From NCBI GenBank assembly GCA_963664815.2, contig CAXXHB010000002.1:192001-256000 (forward strand): DNA of 64,000 bases, read 5' to 3'. Of the stretch, positions 1-8,655 are shown in pieces (position 1 is the stretch's first letter; the number at the start of each line of letters is the position of its first letter). Origin of the DNA: Spirochaetota bacterium. GTDB lineage: Bacteria > Spirochaetota > UBA4802 > UBA5550. Both the position numbers and the translations under genes were made by a program. The notes beneath the pieces are model-generated. The model worked only from the letters and a program-made list of their open reading frames with translations. It had not been told where the DNA came from and made no database searches.

Positions 1-1
1 G

Positions 2-1732
2 ATAATACAACTGGCTGGACAGAAACCCTCTCACATGGTTATGCCTGCAATACATATGACAAAAGAAGAGGTGTCTGTACTTTTCAGCAGTGAGATAAAT
101 GAAGTTTTGTCAAATAATATCCCGGAACTAGTTAACGTAGCCAGAAAGGAGATGAGAAATGCGTTTTTTTCGGCAGACATGGGTATAACTGGAGCAAATA
201 TAGCTGTGGCAGAAACAGGCAGTATTGTAATAATAACCAATGAAGGTAATGCAAGAATGGTGACAACCCTGCCAAAAATTCATATAATCCTTGCAGGCAT
301 TGAGAAATTCGTTGAAAAATTTGATGATATAGTTCCAATATTAACTGCCCTCCCTCGTAGTGCAACAGCCCAGATTATTACAAGTTATGTTTCAATAATT
401 ACCGGCCAAACACCAAACATTGATGGTACGATGAAAAATCTTCACATTGTACTCCTGGATAACAGGCGTTCTGAAATGGCGAAAGACCCGGAATTTGCAG
501 AAGCAATGCAATGCATAAGATGTGGTTCCTGCCTTAATGTGTGTCCTGTTTTCCGGCTTGTAGGTGGGCATGTTTTCGGCAAGACATATACAGGAGGCAT
601 AGGAACAATACTGACTGCATGGTTTGAGGAATTAAAGAACTCCGAAGAGATACAGAGTTTATGTATACAATGTGGAAATTGCCGTGAGATATGCCCGGGG
701 AGGCTGGATATCCCCGGAATGATATTGGAAATCAGAAGACGAATTGTAAAAGAAAAAGGGTTGTCTGTTCCATCAAAAATTATTTTCAGTATTGTTAATA
801 ACCGTAAATTATTTCATGCGATGCTTCGCACTGCATCTGTTGCCGGAAAGCCTTTTACCAGCGGAGGTTATTTAAGACACCTTCCGCTTTTTCTGTCAGG
901 CCTTACAGAGGGAAGAAGCCTTCCAGCAATAGCTGCTGTCCCTTTCAGGGATGAGTTTACTAAAATAACGCAGCCCCACTATGATGAAAAGGTTGCTTTC
1001 TATTCCGGCTGTCTCATCGATTTTGCATACCCAAAGATGGGGATAGATCTTGTCAAAATATTTAATAGTGCAGAGATAGAAGTTATATATCCGCAGGGAC
1101 AAACCTGCTGTGGTGCTCCTGCAAGATATAGCGGTGCATATGATGCTGCTGCCGGTAATGCGCTGGAGAATATTATAGCTCTGCTTGAACAGGACACAAA
1201 TTATATAGTTTCAGCATGCCCCACATGCACAGTCGCCCTCAAATATGAATTCATTAATACTTTTAAAATTCTTGGGCTGACAGAGCATATCCCAATGGCA
1301 GAAAAACTTGCCGCTAAAGTAACTGATTTTTCCATACTTGTAACGAAGCTGATAGATGCTGGACGAATTAAGTTGAAAAGCGTACATAAGAGATGTAGAA
1401 TCACTTATCATGATTCCTGCCATCTTAAAAGAACCCTGAAAGTTTCAGAACAACCTCGAGAGATTCTCCATAAAGCCGGTTATGAGATTGAGGAGATGTC
1501 TGAATGTGATATGTGTTGTGGCATGGGCGGGTCTTATTCACTCAAACTGCCGGAGATTTCCCGTCCAATACTTGAACGTAAACTTGCCAATATAATCAAT
1601 ACCGATTCAGCCATTGTTGCAATGGATTGCCCTGGCTGCGTTTTGCAGATTGCCGGAGGTTTCCACCAGGCCGGAAAAAGAATTGCCGTCAAACATACTC
1701 TGGAGTTACTCGCTTCACAGCTTGAAAAATAA
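2..1732 (+). CDS. ldhH: L-lactate oxidation Fe-S protein (LUD/LutB domain + 2x[4Fe-4S] + two CCG domains), 5'-truncated by the window edge
   Basis: The frame is open from base 2 (IIQLAGQKPSHMVMPAIH). It carries the LutB motifs GITGAN..AETGS and NEGNAR, two CxxCxxCxxxCP motifs, and the CCG motifs QTCCG and HDSCH..CCGMGG. Confidence 0.85.
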   Translation: MIQLAGQKPSHMVMPAIHMTKEEVSVLFSSEINEVLSNNIPELVNVARKEMRNAFFSADMGITGANIAVAETGSIVIITNEGNARMVTTLPKIHIILAGIEKFVEKFDDIVPILTALPRSATAQIITSYVSIITGQTPNIDGTMKNLHIVLLDNRRSEMAKDPEFAEAMQCIRCGSCLNVCPVFRLVGGHVFGKTYTGGIGTILTAWFEELKNSEEIQSLCIQCGNCREICPGRLDIPGMILEIRRRIVKEKGLSVPSKIIFSIVNNRKLFHAMLRTASVAGKPFTSGGYLRHLPLFLSGLTEGRSLPAIAAVPFRDEFTKITQPHYDEKVAFYSGCLIDFAYPKMGIDLVKIFNSAEIEVIYPQGQTCCGAPARYSGAYDAAAGNALENIIALLEQDTNYIVSACPTCTVALKYEFINTFKILGLTEHIPMAEKLAAKVTDFSILVTKLIDAGRIKLKSVHKRCRITYHDSCHLKRTLKVSEQPREILHKAGYEIEEMSECDMCCGMGGSYSLKLPEISRPILERKLANIINTDSAIVAMDCPGCVLQIAGGFHQAGKRIAVKHTLELLASQLEK

Positions 1733-1741
1733 ATTCATCAA

Positions 1742-2272
1742 TCAATATTCAATTCCTTTCCGGGCAATAACCCCTGATTCAAAATAGTGCTTTATTTCTT
1801 TCATTTCAGTAACAAGATCAGCACGACTGAGAATTGCAGGGGAGGCTCCTCGCCCTGTAAGAACTAATTCGATCTCTTCCGGTTTCATTTCGATCAATTC
1901 AATAATTTCACTCTCGTGGAGAAGGCCAAAAGCTGGCATGTTCAATATCTCGTCAAGAACCACAATACTGTATCTTTTCTCTTTTAATATTTCTTTTGCT
2001 TGTTTAAAACCTTTCTCCGATGCAACAAGATGCTCTTTGTATGATGGTGAATTCTTATCTTTAATAAATCCGCTGCTTCCGTACTTCCGGAAAAACATAC
2101 TTTCGCCGAATTTTTCAGCAGCCTGGAATTCACCGGTCTCCTGCCCCTTCATAAACTGAATGAAAGCTGAATGAATTCCCCATCCTGCAGCCCTGAAACA
2201 AAGCCCGAGAGCTGCAGTTGTTTTTCCCTTACCTTCCCCGGTATATATATGAATTAATCCCTTCTGAATCAT
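1742..2272 (-). CDS. cobO: cob(I)yrinic acid a,c-diamide adenosyltransferase (CobO/BtuR)
   Basis: Motifs YTGEGKGKTTAALG, QFMKG, VVLDEI, LVLTGR, ADLVTEM..KHYF..G..ARKGIEY. Confidence 0.93.
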   Translation of the reverse strand: MIQKGLIHIYTGEGKGKTTAALGLCFRAAGWGIHSAFIQFMKGQETGEFQAAEKFGESMFFRKYGSSGFIKDKNSPSYKEHLVASEKGFKQAKEILKEKRYSIVVLDEILNMPAFGLLHESEIIELIEMKPEEIELVLTGRGASPAILSRADLVTEMKEIKHYFESGVIARKGIEY

Positions 2273-2275
2273 TAG

Positions 2276-3907
2276 TCAGTCTCTCACATCAATCTTCTGG
2301 TCATAGCGTTCAATATTTTCTATTTTCACTTCAACAAACCATACAGGAGGGGAACCAAGCCCCTTGGTGATAAAAAACTCCTGGTTTTTCACTATATCAG
2401 TAAGAGTGGTCTTCGCTAGCGGAGGTATATATTCAGAAGATATATCAACTGTGACTGGTAATAATTCAATGCCGTATGCATCAGAGTCGGATTTCCGGAT
2501 AATAAACCCTGTCTTCAGAAAAACCCCGTTGGTTGCCTGCCGTTCAAAAACATCCATAATTTTCTGATTTTTAACTTTTACCCAGAATGAAATTTTGCCG
2601 TCAGAAATCAGCACCCTTCCATTATATAAAGTACCTGATTTTTTGGATAATTCACTTTGCAGGGAGGAAACAATATATCCGATGTTATTCTGAAGAGGTT
2701 CCTTCTGCATTATCATTATCCCTGTATACTCAGAAAAAGTCTGGATCAGTTTATCCGGTGTTAATAATTGTTTTGTGTGAAAAACCTCATCAAGAGATTC
2801 TGGTGGTTTTACATATTTCGGGTTTTTGTAGTCTGAAGCAAGAATTCCTTTCTCCCATTCGTGGTAAGCGGCTATTGAATGAAATATTCTCCCGCGTTGC
2901 AGGTAAATATCATGTCTTGTTCCTGCTTTATCAAATACCCGCTGATGATACGAAACACTGAAGTTTTTCCCCTGAGTAAGTCCGGAAAGCCTTTCAATGT
3001 CGATATATTCTCCGGCTATTCTTCCAGAGCTTATTACATTAATATGGATCCCCTTTTTCTTTGCCTCGACTGAGAACCTTTCCGGAAAAAACATCCCTCC
3101 AAGTCTTGAATTATTTATGATATAAATATCTTTAGATGCTCCGCTTCTCCACTTGATGTTTTTAATTGTATAGTTTAGAAGACTTGAAAATTTTTCAAGA
3201 TTTATCCCACCACCAGGCTGGAGTTTTGAGAGTGTTTCATTTAATTCCTTTATAGAATTCTGGTGCATTGTTAGTGTTTCATATGATCTTCTATCCGAAT
3301 ACGGAGCGAGATAAATATTGGTATCAACGTTAAGCCTGCCAATAAGTGTTGTTGAAAATTCAGATATAGAACTCTTTACATCATTCCATTCATCACTCAT
3401 TCCGTAAGATGAGTCTAAGAGGAAAACAATATCGGCCTGGGTTTTACCTGTAACTGCTTTTTTTGCACTGAAATTAATGAGAGTTTCTTTAATCTCAAGC
3501 TGAACAAGCTTGTAAATATCACGTGAGCTGTTATGGTTTCTGGAAAGAATTTTTCTGTCTCTTACCGAATAAAGAACATTGTCAAAAGCAAACTCACCCT
3601 TACTTTTACTTATTGATCCGAGTAGAATATATTTAAGATTATATTTAACTCCAAAAGCATTGAGATCTTCTGCATCAACAGACTTTTCCGGATTAATCCC
3701 CAGCTGTTTCATTCCAATATCAGCTTCCTCGGGAGACAGTACATCGGTATCCTTCATCAGAAGTATACCGAGAGATACCAGTCTTGCATATTCCTTGCCT
3801 GAAATTCTTGAATCAAATGCCTGATCCCTGTATGGAAGAATGGCTATAGATGCAAAAGCCTGTGAAACTGAAAACACAAGAGTAATAAAAAACAGAATTT
3901 TTTTCAT
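2276..3907 (-). CDS. exported vWA-domain protein
   Basis: Signal peptide MKKILFFITLVFSVSQAFA. Central DIVFLLDSSYGM is a degenerate MIDAS motif. The N-terminal IAILPY segment is TolB_N/CsgG-like. Confidence 0.7.
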   Translation of the reverse strand: MKKILFFITLVFSVSQAFASIAILPYRDQAFDSRISGKEYARLVSLGILLMKDTDVLSPEEADIGMKQLGINPEKSVDAEDLNAFGVKYNLKYILLGSISKSKGEFAFDNVLYSVRDRKILSRNHNSSRDIYKLVQLEIKETLINFSAKKAVTGKTQADIVFLLDSSYGMSDEWNDVKSSISEFSTTLIGRLNVDTNIYLAPYSDRRSYETLTMHQNSIKELNETLSKLQPGGGINLEKFSSLLNYTIKNIKWRSGASKDIYIINNSRLGGMFFPERFSVEAKKKGIHINVISSGRIAGEYIDIERLSGLTQGKNFSVSYHQRVFDKAGTRHDIYLQRGRIFHSIAAYHEWEKGILASDYKNPKYVKPPESLDEVFHTKQLLTPDKLIQTFSEYTGIMIMQKEPLQNNIGYIVSSLQSELSKKSGTLYNGRVLISDGKISFWVKVKNQKIMDVFERQATNGVFLKTGFIIRKSDSDAYGIELLPVTVDISSEYIPPLAKTTLTDIVKNQEFFITKGLGSPPVWFVEVKIENIERYDQKIDVRD

Positions 3908-4178
3908 TTAATTTACACTTCTTAAAAGATTAATGTCAGATTCTCTGCCGGGCTTTTATATGACATACCCTTTGTCTGCTGAAGAACCACTCTTATTATA
4001 AAACTTCTTAATTCTAACATTGTAATAATAGACTTGAATGTTATTAAAATTCAAGATAATTTTAATATTGAACAACGTTAAAATTTCATTCATACAAAAT
4101 AAAAATAAATTTGACATTCTTTTCAAAGAGAGTTTCATATAAATTATGGAAGTATTTATACCAGGGAGGGGTATATTT

Positions 4179-4862
4179 ATGAAAATAACACCGGATGTTA
4201 ATTCCACCGGAATAAGGCCGGGGGGAAATGTTTTACAGCGCTCAAATAAAGATAGCCACATCATTAATGTATCAGATGCAAAAATCGCTCAGGATGTTGT
4301 TTTAAAGATGCAGAGAGAGAAATCTCTTGTTGATGCACTTGCTATCGCTCAGTCTTCAAGAGAACTTGTACAGAAGGCTCTTAATATTTCGTCAAGACTC
4401 ATGTCTCTTGCTTCAGAGGCAATGATTACAGGCAGGGTTAATATTGAAGAAGTATCAACACAGATGTCAAGCATCAATACATCGATGAGTGGATACGGGG
4501 AAAGAGTTTCAATTCCTATTGAAGGAGCAACGCCCCCTGTAAATGATGCTCAAGTAAAGATCAATGAAAGTTTCACCAGACTTAAAGAAAAAACCGGGGA
4601 TTTAATTTCGGGTAAACCTGTTCAAGAAAATGAATTCGAGCCGATAATGGCAAACCTGAAAGTAATAGCTACTGAATATGATGTTAAAATAAAGAAGTAT
4701 TCAGAAGAACTCGGTAGTGTTAAAAAAATTCCGAATTTTAATTTTGATTATGCCGGATTAAATAAAAACACTGCTGCTCTGATACAAGGTAATCCTTCTA
4801 AGGCTCTTGAAACTCAAGGCAACATAAGCTATGACATGGCAGGAAGACTTACAACAGCATGA
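4179..4862 (+). CDS. hypothetical protein with degenerate flagellin-like N- and C-terminal helices
   Basis: GGAGGGG RBS precedes ATG 4179 (track ORF starts at 4146). Flagellin-like segments: KSLVDALAIAQSSRELVQKALNISSRLMSLASEA and DYAG..ALETQGN. Confidence 0.6.
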   Translation: MKITPDVNSTGIRPGGNVLQRSNKDSHIINVSDAKIAQDVVLKMQREKSLVDALAIAQSSRELVQKALNISSRLMSLASEAMITGRVNIEEVSTQMSSINTSMSGYGERVSIPIEGATPPVNDAQVKINESFTRLKEKTGDLISGKPVQENEFEPIMANLKVIATEYDVKIKKYSEELGSVKKIPNFNFDYAGLNKNTAALIQGNPSKALETQGNISYDMAGRLTTA

Positions 4863-4872
4863 AATTTTTTAT

Positions 4873-4931
4873 GATGATATGGCAGTAGCGGATGAGATTA
4901 AATTTTTCTGAACTGTCATATCATCTTTTTT
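4873..4931 (+). terminator. stem-loop plus T-tract after the flagellin-like gene
   Basis: gatgatatggcagt ... actgtcatatcatc forms a 14-bp stem with one G-U pair and a long loop, followed by a T run. Confidence 0.5.
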
Positions 4932-5322
4932 CATATTTTTTAATATGATCGAAGAACTATTTTCCAATTTTATAAACTACATACATCACATTTCGGGTCA
5001 CCCTATTTTTATATTATAAGGCCTACAGTTAAAAACTGCAGCAGTGCTTATTAAATGGAATTTGTTCAAGTTAGATTTTCCTGAACAATTATAGTTCATC
5101 CGGGTTTGTGAGTCATTTTAATGTTTGAAAATGTCTCATATGAAATTGAGGTTATATAAAAAATACTTAAGTAAAAAATTTTATCTTGACTTTAAATTAA
5201 TTTTAAACTATTTAAGTATTAAAATTAATCGTGCTTGTTCTTACCCTGTCCAGACTTATTTTTATGCAGAAATCCCTGACATGTTCTGTCAGAGAATTAT
5301 TAATAATTATGTAGAATAAAAA

Positions 5323-6111
5323 ATGACTTCTTTTAAGAAAATTAAATCAAAAAGAAAAGATAAAGAAATTAATCAGGTTTATTTTAGAATTAAAAACCGG
5401 AATTACATTGAAAATTCTTGTAATTCATCGTTGAGTATGTTTAATTCGATTTATAAATTTCATTCATCATTACAGAGTAATGAATCATTCAGATCAATGA
5501 AAATCAGAGACTGCTATACATTAACACTGGCAAACGCAATAATAGAACGGCTGCAATCAGAAAAGATCATAGCCGACAAAAATCATTCTATCCCCGATAT
5601 GTTTTATGACAATCTGGCCGAAACTCTGCTTGAAGAAAACAGCGATAAGGAACTGATTATAATATATCTCAAACAGATGATGAATATAATGAAGAAAAGT
5701 GGGATTATTCTTTTTAAGGATAGGATCGCAATTGTATCTGAAACCTTTAAAGAAAAAGAAACCCTCTATTTCAGGTTATTTCACTCATTCTGGAACGAAA
5801 CAGTGTGGAGTGAAATTTTTCCTTCATCACCGGAAACCGCTGACAAATTGCATGAAAAAAGAAATGTATTTGCTGAGCTTATTCAGGGATTCTTTACCGA
5901 AGTAAGCATAGAGGATATTTCAAATGATTTTTTTGATATGACCGATATAGCTGAAAGAAATGATTATTTTATGATTTCATTTCTTGATTTTTACCTTATC
6001 GCATGGCTTAAAAATTTCGGGATAATCGAGTATTCAAACAGCAAAAATAGCGATATTATATACATTTCTATACAGGACTACGGGAAAGATATTCTCCGCA
6101 AATTAATCTGA
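5323..6111 (+). CDS. hypothetical protein
   Basis: 262-aa ORF with no recognised motif; the start is uncertain. Confidence 0.65.
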   Translation: MTSFKKIKSKRKDKEINQVYFRIKNRNYIENSCNSSLSMFNSIYKFHSSLQSNESFRSMKIRDCYTLTLANAIIERLQSEKIIADKNHSIPDMFYDNLAETLLEENSDKELIIIYLKQMMNIMKKSGIILFKDRIAIVSETFKEKETLYFRLFHSFWNETVWSEIFPSSPETADKLHEKRNVFAELIQGFFTEVSIEDISNDFFDMTDIAERNDYFMISFLDFYLIAWLKNFGIIEYSNSKNSDIIYISIQDYGKDILRKLI

Positions 6112-6114
6112 TAT

Positions 6115-6464
6115 TGGAGACGGCGGGACTCGAACCCGCGTCCTACAACATACCCCTATAGCGTCTACATGCTTATCTTCTTCATTTAATCTAAGTTTGC
6201 AATCCGGGAAGAAGCGCCGTATTACAAACCTGTCTCCCTAAAGCTTTGCCCTCATCACGGGAGCATTAAATCGGGCTATTCCCAGTAATTTTATGCCTTT
6301 AAACCTCCCTGAGAAACAAAATGTTTAAAGACATAGCAGGTATTAAGCTGCTAGTGCAAAATTATCGTTTGCGATTACATTTAATCTGCCATGATTTACG
6401 AGGTGACAGCACACTCGGCATGCAACTATAGAAACACTATTGCAGTCGAAACCAGATCGTCCCC
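6115..6464 (-). ncRNA. ssrA: tmRNA (transfer-messenger RNA), tag peptide (A)ANDNFALAA
   Basis: On the minus strand, 5' GGGGACG pairs with 3' CGTCTCC-A, including the G3-U alanine identity pair. The T-arm is GCGGGTTCGAGTCCCGC. The tag ORF GCA AAC GAT AAT TTT GCA CTA GCA GCT TAA lies at 6372-6343. The CCA end is not encoded. Confidence 0.97.
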
Positions 6465-6588
6465 TGCAAAAAGCTTTAAAGTAACTAAAAAGATTGCCTC
6501 TTGAATATTTGTCAATATATTAAATCATAATTGACACATCTCTTTGTTTATGATATCTGTTAAGATATATTGTTACAAGGAATATCTG

Positions 6589-7146
6589 ATGAATAAAGTC
6601 ACTTTAAGGGAAAAAATATATATTTTATTACTTATCGTTTTCATCAACTCGAATTTTTCTGTTTATGCTTCTTCAGGAGATATGTTTTATTATTTCGATA
6701 ATGTATTATCCAAATTATCAACTTCGATAAAAGACGCTTCAGCAGATATATTACCGTTAAATTTTAAAACATTAAGCGGTAATTGGAATTTAATGTACGG
6801 GAACGATTACGGTTATAGCTTCAGGTTTTTTAAGAATTACCGGGCAATTGTTATTGTATATCTCAACACAAACTCAGTTATTTTCAAAGGTGTCTATAAT
6901 ATAGAGAACAGCAATGCTATTAGAATTAATATTTCTGAAATGAAAAGAGTGGAAAGTGTTAAGGAACTTGATCTTAAAGGGGGCTTTGTCAAGGCTAAAT
7001 CATCCTACTTTATTTTCAATGCTCGGGCTATATCACGAGAAAGAGAAAAAAATCTTGAATTAAGACCGAGAGAATCCTCTATTGACGGTAAAGATTCTGA
7101 AGGATATTTTGAACCATATATAAAACTCGAATATTCAGGAAAATAA
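6589..7146 (+). CDS. exported/membrane-anchored hypothetical protein
   Basis: AAGG precedes ATG 6589 (track ORF starts at 6544). Hydrophobic N-terminal segment; the stop overlaps the next start (TAATG). Confidence 0.7.
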   Translation: MNKVTLREKIYILLLIVFINSNFSVYASSGDMFYYFDNVLSKLSTSIKDASADILPLNFKTLSGNWNLMYGNDYGYSFRFFKNYRAIVIVYLNTNSVIFKGVYNIENSNAIRINISEMKRVESVKELDLKGGFVKAKSSYFIFNARAISREREKNLELRPRESSIDGKDSEGYFEPYIKLEYSGK

Positions 7147-7898
7147 TGTCTGTTGATAACTTTAAATTTATAAATCATCGGGGTTTAAGTCTTTCAGGAA
7201 GAATTTATAGCGGTAATAGTAATCATAAATCAGGTTTGATCTTTAGTCACGGTCTTTTTTCAAGCAAGGATGGTTATAAAATAACAAGAATAGCCGATAC
7301 CATAATAGATTCCGGGTTTGATCTAATGACTTTTGATTTTACTTTTTCCGGTGAATCCTCTGGTAATATTACGGATATTTCTGTTTCTGAAGAAGTGGAA
7401 GATCTAAAGTGTGCAATAAGATTTTTCAAAAATAAAGGCATAGAAAAAATCCACCTTATGGGATCAAGTATGGGAGCTTCAGTTACTATACTGACTGCAT
7501 CAACAAACATGTTTGAAATTGAATCTCTTATCCTGATTGCAACACCGGTTACATTTACACAATTGCTGCCTGATAAGAATAAAATTGAAATCGACTCCCT
7601 TGATCACAACGGGTATACTTTCATAACCGGAATTAAAGTGAACAACAGGTTTATCAAAGAACTTTTCGAGATAGATATGCTTGCTGCAATAAAAAATATA
7701 AGGATCCCTTCTCTACTTATACATGGGAAAAAAGATGCTGTTGTGGATTCCAGCAATCTCGATTCTTTTATACGGAATTCCCCTTCAAAGTGTACTTCCA
7801 TTATAATTGAAGATGGAGATCATAATCTGACAAGGGATTCAGATATAAATTTAATATCAGAAAATATAAAGAGTTGGCTTGGAAAATTTAATATATAA
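7146..7898 (+). CDS. alpha/beta hydrolase
   Basis: Oxyanion segment HGLFSSK, nucleophile GSSMG, IHGKKDAVV (Asp) and GDHNL (His). Confidence 0.88.
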   Translation: MSVDNFKFINHRGLSLSGRIYSGNSNHKSGLIFSHGLFSSKDGYKITRIADTIIDSGFDLMTFDFTFSGESSGNITDISVSEEVEDLKCAIRFFKNKGIEKIHLMGSSMGASVTILTASTNMFEIESLILIATPVTFTQLLPDKNKIEIDSLDHNGYTFITGIKVNNRFIKELFEIDMLAAIKNIRIPSLLIHGKKDAVVDSSNLDSFIRNSPSKCTSIIIEDGDHNLTRDSDINLISENIKSWLGKFNI

Positions 7899-8283
7899 AT
7901 ATTTCCTGATAACTATAGGTTTTTCACAGGTTATTATGGCGATCCTGGGATTGTTTTTCCCACAAAGAATATTTAACATGTGGAAAAAATGGATTTTAAA
8001 CCATTTTTTCCCCCTGCATGGAATTGCTTTAATTCTTATAGGATTTCCAATGACTATTTATAAAGGATTTTTATCATCTATTATTTTCTTTATAGGTCTT
8101 TTTGTTGTTTTTACAGGCCCATTTATTCTTATTTATCCTGAAAAAATACAAGATGCATTCAGTAATTCAGATACACGTTTCAAAGAGAAAGATATTAAAA
8201 TCATGATTTACATTGATGCTTTATTCAGATTAAGTGCAGGATCAATTTTCCTTTTAAGTTGCTGGAAAACTTTTCTCAATTAA
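7879..8283 (+). CDS. small multi-pass membrane protein
   Basis: 134 aa with about four hydrophobic segments; TTG start overlapping the upstream gene. Confidence 0.7.
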   Translation: MENLIYKYFLITIGFSQVIMAILGLFFPQRIFNMWKKWILNHFFPLHGIALILIGFPMTIYKGFLSSIIFFIGLFVVFTGPFILIYPEKIQDAFSNSDTRFKEKDIKIMIYIDALFRLSAGSIFLLSCWKTFLN

Positions 8284-8655
8284 ACCACCTGAATTTCAGG
8301 AGAGATACCTGAAAAGAGATTTTTATTATATTCCATCAAAATATTATTTTTAACAATTTTTTCTTTGCCCTCTTTTAAGGGATTGAGGCTTTTTCCTTTT
8401 TATAATTGACACAAATCTTTTTTTTAAAATTATAATATTATATATCTGTAAATATTAATTAATACAAATATTGTCACTTGAGGTATGTGATGATATTGCA
8501 CTCTATCTTGCAAAATATGTTTTTTGCAAGAATTGTTTGTATTACTATGATCACAATGAAAGATGCTGATCATTTTTTAAAAATTACACCATGAAGTATT
8601 TCTGATTTATCCGGGAAAATCAGATTTTATATATTAAAATGTGGCTGGAGTTAAA

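Noticed and set aside
3908-4145. Cobalamin riboswitch upstream of the vWA-cobO genes
   Set aside because: The region is very AT-rich with no B12-box or conserved core visible.
4146-6115. Genomic island integrated at ssrA
   Set aside because: No integrase was found and I saw no duplicated ssrA 3' end.
6115-6153. tRNA gene
   Set aside because: Only the T-arm and acceptor half is here. It pairs with a 5' end about 350 nt away and encloses a tag ORF, so it is tmRNA.
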